From: Minisyncoccia bacterium
GTDB lineage: Bacteria > Patescibacteriota > Minisyncoccia > Phycocordibacterales > Phycocordibacteraceae
Assembly: GCA_038212075.1 (NCBI GenBank)
Contig: JBBQUV010000001.1
Location: forward strand, 99,200-163,199
DNA length: 64,000 nucleotides
Direction: 5' to 3'
Part shown: piece after piece, positions 10,348-17,636 of the stretch
Layout: every line of letters begins with the position of its first letter
How positions within the stretch are numbered: the first letter of the stretch is position 1
Position numbers and translations under genes: made by a program
Notes under the pieces: model-generated
The model's database searches: none
What the model was told of the DNA's origin: nothing
The model's input: the letters and a program-made list of their open reading frames with translations, nothing else

Positions 10348-11529
10348 TCAATGGCTGGTAAACAAATCGTCAAGTGGATGTTTTTTGTTAAAAAGTTTTG
10401 TTATCACGTAGTGTGTTGCGGCAATTGAACCCAATTGAATGCCGGCGCCGTTAACAGTTGCCACATTCTTTCGTATGCTGACGAGCGGAAGCATACCTTT
10501 TGAAAGCGCGTATACCCCACTCCATGCGTACTCAATTTTTAAAGAGCCAGCGAATGCTTTTGTAAGGAATGTGGAAATGTTCCGTATATGTGGCGTGTGA
10601 AGCGAGATGGTGGAAGTGTTTTCCTTGGTACGTACGTCACCATACCCAACAAGCAAACGATTGTCACCAGTTATTTTTCCATAATGAAAGGAATGCGCAC
10701 CTTCTTCATCAATAAACATATCCTTATCAAGAAGGTTGAGTTTCATGAGCTGTGTTTTTGAAAGAGGGGTCGTGACTCCAATAGTCGTAATAAAGTTCTG
10801 CAAGTGTGAGCTCTCTGCACCTGTTCCCTGTGCGTACAAAATCGTTTTGTATTCAATGGCGCCATGCGACGTTCGCGCTGTGTTTTTATACGTGGAGTGT
10901 ATTGGAGTATCTTCATACACACGCACGCCTTGTTTGCGCAGATAGGTTGCTATGCCTTGGGCAAGAGCCAGTGGATTGACAGAGAGACCTTGTAAACTAC
11001 GTTCAGCAAATTGGAAAAGCGGTGTTGCAATTTCTTTTTGAAGTGCACGTCCAGAAAGAACCGGCGCTTTTTCGCCAAATGATTGTCGAGCAAGACTATC
11101 CTGCATGAGTCGCGCATGCGCCGTTGGCGTGCACGCAAGAATAAGAAAATCACCCAGTCGTGCATCGCAACGTATCTTTCCAAGCGTTATAAGTTTTTCT
11201 ACGGTTTTTAATGCGTCGCGATTTGCCTTCCTGTATAGTTTGGTGTTTTTTGCACCATATTTTTTCTTATAGGCACCCCACCACAAATTCTGTTCATTTT
11301 CAGGTTCTGGAATAAGCATGCCGGCTGAGTGTCCGGTAGAGCCGTTACCAACAATATTTCGCTCTACGATGACGACATCGTGCGGACTCACGCCACGTTC
11401 CAGTAGAAAATAGGCAGCGGTGAGGCCGGCAATGCCCCCACCCACAATCAAATACGGGCACTCAATAATCCCTCGCAAAGGTTTTCCTTTTTTGTAGCCT
11501 TTGTTTTTCCAAAAAAGCTGTTTTTTCAT
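10348..11529 (-). CDS. FAD-dependent oxidoreductase (DAO/DadA/PuuB-like)
   Basis: IVGGGIAGLTAAY Rossmann motif, GSTGHSAG, VNPLALAQG, EYAWSG. Confidence 0.85.
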   Translation of the reverse strand: MKKQLFWKNKGYKKGKPLRGIIECPYLIVGGGIAGLTAAYFLLERGVSPHDVVIVERNIVGNGSTGHSAGMLIPEPENEQNLWWGAYKKKYGAKNTKLYRKANRDALKTVEKLITLGKIRCDARLGDFLILACTPTAHARLMQDSLARQSFGEKAPVLSGRALQKEIATPLFQFAERSLQGLSVNPLALAQGIATYLRKQGVRVYEDTPIHSTYKNTARTSHGAIEYKTILYAQGTGAESSHLQNFITTIGVTTPLSKTQLMKLNLLDKDMFIDEEGAHSFHYGKITGDNRLLVGYGDVRTKENTSTISLHTPHIRNISTFLTKAFAGSLKIEYAWSGVYALSKGMLPLVSIRKNVATVNGAGIQLGSIAATHYVITKLFNKKHPLDDLFTSH

Positions 11530-12581
11530 TCCAGTTCTAGTGCAGGTTTTTCCACAGCGTCAATCTCAAGGCCAATTTTGGTTCCTTCAATACGATATAC
11601 GTCTTTTTCTATCTTTCCGAGTTCCTTGTAGCCAGAATTGTAATGATTCACGGCGGTACTAAGTGCGTTTCCAAGCTTCTTGTAGTAGTCCTCGTAGGAA
11701 CCAATGTGTTTACCAAGTTCACCCACGCGCTTTTGAATTTCCACTGCCTTTTCTTCAATCTGCAGTGCTTTCAATCCCTGCATAACGGTTTGTAAGTAAG
11801 CAAGGAAAGACGTTGGCGAAACAATAATTACTTTGTATTTGCTTGCCGCTCGCTGAATAAGATTTTCTTCTTCCCCTGCACCCACTTGGTTGGTGAGAAG
11901 GTCATAATAAATCCCTTCGGATGGAATAAACATAAACGCAAAGTCCATAGTGTTTTCTTCAGGACGAATGTACTTTGCTGTTTCTTGAATACGAAGCTTC
12001 AGGTCATTCACAAACGCTTTTTCAAGCACCGCGCGCTCCGGTTCTGGCGCGTGGATGTAGCGATTGTAGTTATCAAGCGAAAATTTGGAGTCTACCGGCA
12101 CGAGCTTTTTATTTATGATGACAACCGCATCCACAATTTCACCGTTTTTAAACGGATACTGAATACGATAGTCTTCCGGACTCATCACATTTTTCAATAC
12201 TGTTTCCAAATAGTATTCACCCAAAATGCCGCGCTGTTTTGGGTTCTTTAAAATATCTTGGAGATTTTGCAATTGCTCAGCAAAGGTTTGTGTTTGGCGC
12301 CCAATTTCTTTTACGGAAGTGATTTCCTCAGTGATTTCTTTTATTAGGCGCGATGATTCGGTGTGCCTGCGGTGCGCCTCTTCCTGCATTTGTTTAGAAG
12401 ATTCAGACACGCGGGCATCGAGGGTTTGCGCCAAGTTTTCAACTTGTTTTTGCAGTAGCATCATTCCAGAAGAATCCTCTGCTTTTGGTGTTTCGGCGCG
12501 ACGTCCAAACAAATACCAAAATCCAAAGCCCTGCAGAATGAGTACAACTATTATAAAAACACCAATAGTGACCACGGTCAT
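11526..12581 (-). CDS. rmuC: DNA recombination protein RmuC
   Basis: N-terminal TM and coiled coil, KQRGILGE, VPVDSKF, KYIRP, FAFMFIPSEGIY, IVSPTS. Confidence 0.92.
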   Translation of the reverse strand: MTVVTIGVFIIVVLILQGFGFWYLFGRRAETPKAEDSSGMMLLQKQVENLAQTLDARVSESSKQMQEEAHRRHTESSRLIKEITEEITSVKEIGRQTQTFAEQLQNLQDILKNPKQRGILGEYYLETVLKNVMSPEDYRIQYPFKNGEIVDAVVIINKKLVPVDSKFSLDNYNRYIHAPEPERAVLEKAFVNDLKLRIQETAKYIRPEENTMDFAFMFIPSEGIYYDLLTNQVGAGEEENLIQRAASKYKVIIVSPTSFLAYLQTVMQGLKALQIEEKAVEIQKRVGELGKHIGSYEDYYKKLGNALSTAVNHYNSGYKELGKIEKDVYRIEGTKIGLEIDAVEKPALELE

Positions 12582-12654
12582 GCACTCAGTATACCCGACC
12601 AAAACGAAAGGGCCGCAACAGTGTGCGGCCCCGACGGTCTTGGTGTTAGAGGGG

Positions 12655-12903
12655 TTAGTGGTAGGTGCTTCGTGCATTCACGAGCGCTTGAGCTTTCTGT
12701 ACGCCCTCGGCCGGTGTGATTTTTGAATGCATCACGTCGATGAGGATGTTGGAAAGTTCTTCCCGCTCGGTATCTACGGCACCTTCCGATTCCACCTGTT
12801 GGCGAAAAAGACCGATTTGAGCGATTGCGTCGCTCATACTCATTACTGACTGTTGCACTGACTGCTCCCTCGCGTTGTCATTTGCTGGCTGTTCAATTCC
12901 CAT
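12655..12903 (-). CDS. Small hypothetical protein
   Basis: 82-aa ORF, TAGAAT 6 nt upstream of ATG, downstream hairpin near 12612-12632. Confidence 0.65.
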   Translation of the reverse strand: MGIEQPANDNAREQSVQQSVMSMSDAIAQIGLFRQQVESEGAVDTEREELSNILIDVMHSKITPAEGVQKAQALVNARSTYH

Positions 12904-12949
12904 ATCGGGATTCTAGCATAACTTTTAAACAGTGATACGCTGGGTATAT

Positions 12950-13405
12950 ATGGCACTACACGAATCAATTAAGGCAGGTATCCCCGACGCCATGCGCGCG
13001 AAAGATGAAGTAAAGCTCCGCACGCTTCGTTCCCTCGCTTCAGCAATGACTAACGAGGTAATGGCAAAGAAGCGTAAGCCAGATGAATTTTTGACTGATG
13101 AAGAAGCGGTGGCGGTGGTAAAACGCGCAGGAAATCAGCGTAAAGATTCTATTGAACAATTTGAAAAAGCAGGACGTATGGACTTGGTGGAGCCGGAAAA
13201 ATTAGAGCTCGCGATTATTGAGTCATTCCTTCCTGCACAAATGGGTCGCGCAGAAATTGAAACAGTAGTGAAGGCAAAAATGGCAGAAATGGGTATTTCA
13301 AGCAAGGCAGATGCTGGTAAGTTTATCGGTGCAGTGATGAAAGACCTTAAGGGCAAGGCAGACGGCACTGAAGTGAAGGCAGTCGTTGACTCTCTTCTCT
13401 CATAA
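12950..13405 (+). CDS. GatB/YqeY domain protein
   Basis: AMRAKDEVKLRTLR, QRKDSIEQFEKAGR, FLPAQM, GKADG. Confidence 0.92.
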   Translation: MALHESIKAGIPDAMRAKDEVKLRTLRSLASAMTNEVMAKKRKPDEFLTDEEAVAVVKRAGNQRKDSIEQFEKAGRMDLVEPEKLELAIIESFLPAQMGRAEIETVVKAKMAEMGISSKADAGKFIGAVMKDLKGKADGTEVKAVVDSLLS

Positions 13406-13407
13406 GT

Positions 13408-13773
13408 ATGGCTGAAGGCGCGCCAGGACAGGGTGGGCTTGCGGGGCTTATGGATGCCATAACGCAACGACGTGAAAAAGCGTTGAGCGAAGGCGGAGAA
13501 ATTTTGAACCCGCGCAATATGAATCTTTTGGTCACCGAAATTCATAACAGAATGAAGAAGTACGGCGAGCCTTTCTCTTCAGCATTTGACTGGGTATTTA
13601 ATAGCGATCGTTGGCAAAAGCCACCTATAGACGCCGATAAGCGCCCAAGGTATGCAGAATTTGCTCACGACTATTTTAAAGAAACCATCCCTACCCCCGT
13701 TTCTCCTAACGAGGTGTCCCCCATGCCTACAAAACAGGGCGACCTATTCATTGATAAAGAAGATAAAGCGTGA
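13408..13773 (+). CDS. Hypothetical protein
   Basis: 121-aa ORF starting 2 nt after the YqeY gene. Confidence 0.6.
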   Translation: MAEGAPGQGGLAGLMDAITQRREKALSEGGEILNPRNMNLLVTEIHNRMKKYGEPFSSAFDWVFNSDRWQKPPIDADKRPRYAEFAHDYFKETIPTPVSPNEVSPMPTKQGDLFIDKEDKA

Positions 13774-13779
13774 TATAAT
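13751..13779 (+). promoter_or_regulatory. Sigma70-type promoter
   Basis: TTGATA-N17-TATAAT with extended TGn. Confidence 0.75.
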
Positions 13780-13834
13780 ACTTTTCGGACGTTGGGTACA
13801 CGGTGGAGTTCAATCTTGAAAACAAGAGGGTCCA

Positions 13835-14134
13835 ATGTCCAAAGTTGTAAAAGTACCGTATCCGGTGAATGCCAAGCTTGGTCAATCCGTAAGGATTACG
13901 GGCATTCTCCCAACACGTGCTCGTGACGTTGCTATCGCGGCGTTTGACGCCTTCGAAAAACACTATTGCGGCACTGTTGAAGTGATTGGTCGGCCTGACG
14001 GCATCCACCTCACCCGTCCGTTCGCGGTTGGTGCAAGTGGTATCGAGGAGGACGCGGAAGAATTCGCGCTGTCCATCGAGAAGTATTTCGGCTTCAAAAC
14101 CGAAACTTCGCCAGTACAAATGATGTTCGCCTGA
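13835..14134 (+). CDS. Hypothetical protein (accessory)
   Basis: 99-aa ORF with own promoter, GAGG SD and downstream hairpin plus U-tract (14136-14199). Confidence 0.65.
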   Translation: MSKVVKVPYPVNAKLGQSVRITGILPTRARDVAIAAFDAFEKHYCGTVEVIGRPDGIHLTRPFAVGASGIEEDAEEFALSIEKYFGFKTETSPVQMMFA

Positions 14135-14204
14135 ATAACCGAACGAGAGACGAGTGGTGTCGCAGAACGCGACTCCCTCGTTCTCCCGGGCGGTTTTTTG
14201 ATAC

Positions 14205-14232
14205 TTGCCTTCCCTATATTTTATGCTATATT
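14205..14232 (+). promoter_or_regulatory. Sigma70-type promoter
   Basis: TTGCCT-N16-TATATT with TGn. Confidence 0.6.
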
Positions 14233-14268
14233 TACTGTGTTCGGTTTAACCAAAGAGGAGGATGTCGC

Positions 14269-14667
14269 ATGAGCGACACTACGTTCTTTAACACAACCAA
14301 CCCGAAGCCACAGACTATTCCCGTCGATGTACGGGGATATACCTGGCCGAGGAGACTCACAATAATTGCTTGGGCGTTACTCACTACGGTGATTATCGCC
14401 CTTACTGCTTTTGATTTTGCGTGTTTTAACGCAGGATCGGAACTCTTCTGGGATATTTCATGGAAACTTGTACCGAACTATGAGTTCGCCAAGCCCGTGA
14501 TTCATCACTTTAGCGTTCCGCTGATTGATTGGGGACGATATCCATCGTTCTTCCTTTCCGTCTGCCTTGGAATCAAGACGCTTCTTGCGCTCTTTGTTCC
14601 GCCGGCAATCCGCACGCACCATGTCCGCTTCGAGCTGACAGAAGTGCCTGCACCTCAAAAAAAATAG
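14269..14667 (+). CDS. Hypothetical two-TM membrane protein (accessory)
   Basis: AGGAGG SD; two hydrophobic segments. Confidence 0.7.
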   Translation: MSDTTFFNTTNPKPQTIPVDVRGYTWPRRLTIIAWALLTTVIIALTAFDFACFNAGSELFWDISWKLVPNYEFAKPVIHHFSVPLIDWGRYPSFFLSVCLGIKTLLALFVPPAIRTHHVRFELTEVPAPQKK

Positions 14668-14732
14668 CAATTATTGCGAATCCCAACGGTTCGCATCTCA
14701 ACGACTCACACTCACCAACCAAGGAGGCTACT

Positions 14733-14753
14733 ATGCCATCACTGACTGAATGA
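14733..14753 (+). other. Six-codon micro-ORF MPSLTE with consensus SD
   Basis: AAGGAGG at 14721-14727, ATG 14733, TGA 14751-14753. Confidence 0.35.
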
Positions 14754-14836
14754 ATGTCCGCCGCAGAGCTCTGCGAACCGTTTTTTGGTATCTACGCTTC
14801 ATATTTACTCAATTTCCTGTTATAAAAACTGTACTT

Positions 14837-14908
14837 GGCCCTATCGTCTAACGGTTAGGACGGAGCCTTCTCAAGGCTTAAATCGGGGTTCGATTCCCCG
14901 TAGGGTCA
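14837..14908 (+). tRNA. tRNA-Glu(CTC)
   Basis: Acceptor GGCCCTA/TAGGGTC, anticodon arm GAGCC-TTCTCAA-GGCTT, T arm CGGGG-TTCGATT-CCCCG; CCA not encoded. Confidence 0.96.
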
Positions 14909-15272
14909 CAAATTTTGCAAAGCAATAATTTGTGATTTTTGAACGTGTGGAGTCACGTTCAAAAAGAATCGAAACGCGCAGCCGCGACGGCGGCGAGCGG
15001 GGGTCGCGGAATTTTCCAGCAGGAAAATATCTGTGACCGATGCGTGCTTGTGTAATCACAAGACACTTCCCCGTAGGGTCACAAAAATAACGAGACGACT
15101 GCAAGGCAGTCGGCGATTATATTTTTGTAGATCCTACGGGGAATCGAATGCGAGCGCGGGCACCAGTTCAGCAGAACTGGTCGTGCGAGGCGGCTCGCGA
15201 AAATAGTGAGTGACGACGAACTATTTTTGTGAGAGATACGTGTAATCACAAGACACTTCCCCGTAGGGTCAC
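14894..15272 (+). repeat. tRNA-Glu 3'-end direct repeats delimiting two structured non-coding units (173 and 190 bp)
   Basis: TTCCCCGTAGGGTCAC at 14894, 15067 and 15257; identical 33-bp GTGTAATCACAAGACACTTCCCCGTAGGGTCAC at 15050 and 15240; inverted copy at 15130-15148. Confidence 0.92.
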
Positions 15273-15421
15273 TCGACACCGTAGCAAATTTTATGTGGCG
15301 CAATTATCGCGCTGTAGCTGAGCCATATTTCACCTGCAAAGTTCGATTCCTCTCAAGCCCCTTACCGAGAGTCGAACTCGTCAACGATATTGGATGCACG
15401 GTTTGGTATACTTATAAGCGT

Positions 15422-15661
15422 ATGGCTAAGAAGACGCATCGAGATACAAAGGTTGGGCAGTGGACATCTTCCCTCCCTCCAGCAGAACCTAATGCCGTTA
15501 CTAAAGTCACATTGGGTGGCAAGGATTTTCATATTGCAAAAGTAGTGCGTCATGCCGACACTGGTCGGTTCATAGAGATTTTGGAAGCCGGTGCACGTGG
15601 AGGTCATTTTGCGGACCGTTCACCAAACAACGATGAGTCCGGACGCCGCAAAGCAAAATAA
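15422..15661 (+). CDS. Small hypothetical protein upstream of PIN gene (possible antitoxin/partner)
   Basis: 79 aa, TATACT shortly upstream; overlaps the PIN gene start; contains RDTKVGQW and RHADTGRF. Confidence 0.6.
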   Translation: MAKKTHRDTKVGQWTSSLPPAEPNAVTKVTLGGKDFHIAKVVRHADTGRFIEILEAGARGGHFADRSPNNDESGRRKAK

Positions 15662-16232
15662 GGGTTCTGGCGAGGAGGCTAAGCTTCCTCTAAGAAACAT
15701 AATATTGGATACCAACGTTTTTGACCTTCTCTCAAATAAGGAACTGGAGCCGAAGTTCATCGCGCTGCTGAGAGAGGCCGTTGGTTTGGGATACGGTATT
15801 GTCATCTGCGATATTGTTCTTTTTGAATTGCTACAAGAGGCTTCGATGGATAAGGAGCTGTGGATCATGCAGCAACTTTCTGACGTACCAAGTTTGCCGC
15901 TGACCCAAGAAGTCATGTTCGCCGCTGCGCATGTGGCGTCATTATATAAAGAGGAAGGTTTGGAATTGAAGCAGTTTGCAATTGGAGACCGAATTATAGC
16001 CGGGACTTCCGTTATGAATAACGCTCTGATTCTTACTAAGAATGGTAGGGATTTCCCGGAGCCGTTTTTTAAGGAATTAGATCGCCGCCATGTCGATTAC
16101 GAGAACGGTTCAGTTCAAGCCTGCGTATATTTGTACTTCAAAGAGCCTCAATTGGATGTCATCACAAAACACCACTCAATGCGTACGGCTTCCATTCAGA
16201 AGAAAGCAAAAACTCCTAAGCAAAAGCCTTAA
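15633..16232 (+). CDS. PIN-domain (VapC-like) ribonuclease
   Basis: IILDTNV, VLFELL, GDRIIAGT, LTKNGRDF match the PIN acidic active-site pattern; start uncertain. Confidence 0.85.
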   Translation: MSPDAAKQNKGSGEEAKLPLRNIILDTNVFDLLSNKELEPKFIALLREAVGLGYGIVICDIVLFELLQEASMDKELWIMQQLSDVPSLPLTQEVMFAAAHVASLYKEEGLELKQFAIGDRIIAGTSVMNNALILTKNGRDFPEPFFKELDRRHVDYENGSVQACVYLYFKEPQLDVITKHHSMRTASIQKKAKTPKQKP

Positions 16233-16473
16233 AGCCATCTTTGGCCACTCTTGGGTGATTGATGCACCGAGCTAATAAATCGCTACGCGCTTCCGTTTCC
16301 CGACTTTGGAATATGCTCGACGTTGTAACGTTCGGGATTCCCGTTACGCGCTTTTTCTACCGGTACGAACTGTCCATTGATATTGTCCCGCCCAAGTTTG
16401 AACGATTTGGAGACTGACATGTTGATGTTGGGTTTGCTATTTAACCCAAGAGTGGCCGGAGATGGTTTCAAGG
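16227..16473. repeat. 30-bp imperfect inverted repeat pair (16227-16256 and 16444-16473)
   Basis: CCTTAAAGCCATCTTTGGCCACTCTTGGGT vs reverse complement CCTTGAAACCATCTCCGGCCACTCTTGGGT, 26/30 identical. Confidence 0.9.
16283..16420 (-). CDS. 45-aa small protein (GRDxxxGQFVPV type)
   Basis: MSVSKSFKLGRDNINGQFVPVEKARNGNPERYNVEHIPKSGNGSA; upstream promoter TTTACC-N16-TATAAT. Confidence 0.7.
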   Translation of the reverse strand: MSVSKSFKLGRDNINGQFVPVEKARNGNPERYNVEHIPKSGNGSA

Positions 16474-16489
16474 AACCTTATTTGCCTCA

Positions 16490-16517
16490 ATTATACTTCC
16501 GCCGTTGCCCAGGTAAA
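16490..16517 (-). promoter_or_regulatory. Sigma70-type promoter for the 45-aa gene
   Basis: TTTACC-N16-TATAAT on minus; overlapping TATACT on plus at 16492-16497. Confidence 0.55.
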
Positions 16518-16839
16518 GTGGATATCTCTTTCTCTCTCTAGTTAGCACCGTCACTCGCTCACACGGACTTAATAAGGCCGCCCGTGTTCGGGACGAGCTG
16601 TCGCGAGTGGACTTCAGGGACGTTACGCAGCAAGCTGATCAGGTCCCTCTTCTCTCGCTCTTCTAGCCGCTTCACGCTTCCGATTGAATTTCTCAATGTT
16701 CTTCCATCCGGGATTGGGCACCGCGATTTTGGTGTGCGTCGGTGCGGGGGCACTTTTTGACAAATTTATGCCTGCTTCAAAAATAGCTAGGATTTTGCTT
16801 GCGCGAGTTCGAGGTCCGTCCCGACATGGGTCACTAAAA

Positions 16840-16870
16840 ACAAAACCGCCACATTTAGGGACGGTTTTGT
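16840..16870. terminator. Probably bidirectional intrinsic terminator
   Basis: ACAAAACCG...CGGTTTTGT hairpin downstream of the 3D-domain gene. Confidence 0.7.
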
Positions 16871-16880
16871 CAGTCAGCAC

Positions 16881-17438
16881 TTACTTAAGCGCGAGTAGCT
16901 TATTTGACTGCTCCACCATCTGGGCAAGCTCAGCCTGTGTTTTTGGCACGTCAGCAAGCTTCATGTAGCCAACGACATGGATGTTCACACCCGTACAGAC
17001 GCCAAGCACACGAGCTGGGTTCGTAGGAATACCCTTCACAGGTACGGTGTCGTTCTGGTCAAGGAGAACGTCCACCTTGTTATGCATACGTGCATTCATC
17101 ACGTCACCAATCACACGGTAACCGATAAGGTGATTAACGGCGTTCACACGGCAGTTGTTGGTGTCTACTGCAGGAGCTTCAATGGCGATAACGGTACCGA
17201 AAGGAAGTTCAGACTTAAGGTCTTGGGAGCGCGCAGCTATGATTTCCGGATTCGAACGAAGCCCAGACGCAGTGGTCATAGGGTCTCCATCTGTTTGCCA
17301 CGGTACGGCGTTATACGAAGTCATGCTTACCGTATACGACGGAAGGATGACCGGTGCCGGAGCATCGGGCGCTGACGCCGCTTGGGCGCCAGACATAATG
17401 AAAAAACCAGCCACGAGAGCTGATGTGAGGTAAGTCAT
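16881..17438 (-). CDS. Secreted 3D-domain (MltA-like) peptidoglycan-active protein
   Basis: Signal peptide; TSYN..QTDGDPMTTASG, IAARSQD, LPFGT, GDVMN..VDV. Confidence 0.8.
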   Translation of the reverse strand: MTYLTSALVAGFFIMSGAQAASAPDAPAPVILPSYTVSMTSYNAVPWQTDGDPMTTASGLRSNPEIIAARSQDLKSELPFGTVIAIEAPAVDTNNCRVNAVNHLIGYRVIGDVMNARMHNKVDVLLDQNDTVPVKGIPTNPARVLGVCTGVNIHVVGYMKLADVPKTQAELAQMVEQSNKLLALK

Positions 17439-17636
17439 AGATACGGATCGAATCAATCGAAACGTAACACCATATTATCACATTACTTGTCAATAGTCAA
17501 TACCTACGCAAGGTTGGCGTTTAGTAGCTACCTTTAAAATATGGCTTATTTACTAAGTAAAATTCCTATTGCCGTGCACTCAAATGTCTGGCGTTTTGAA
17601 AGGTTCATGAAAAACACCCACCTCTTGACCGCTTCC

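Noticed and set aside
14894-15272. CRISPR array
   Set aside because: The repeats are tRNA 3' ends, the intervening segments exceed 140 bp and share structure, and there is no cas operon
16500-16870. RNase P RNA, SRP RNA or hammerhead ribozyme
   Set aside because: Conserved cores (GAGGAAAGUCC, SRP domain IV loop, CUGAUGA/GAAA) not found
16623-16880. tmRNA, suggested by an ORF ending in LAA-stop
   Set aside because: No tRNA-Ala-like 5' end or T-arm/CCA 3' end on that strand
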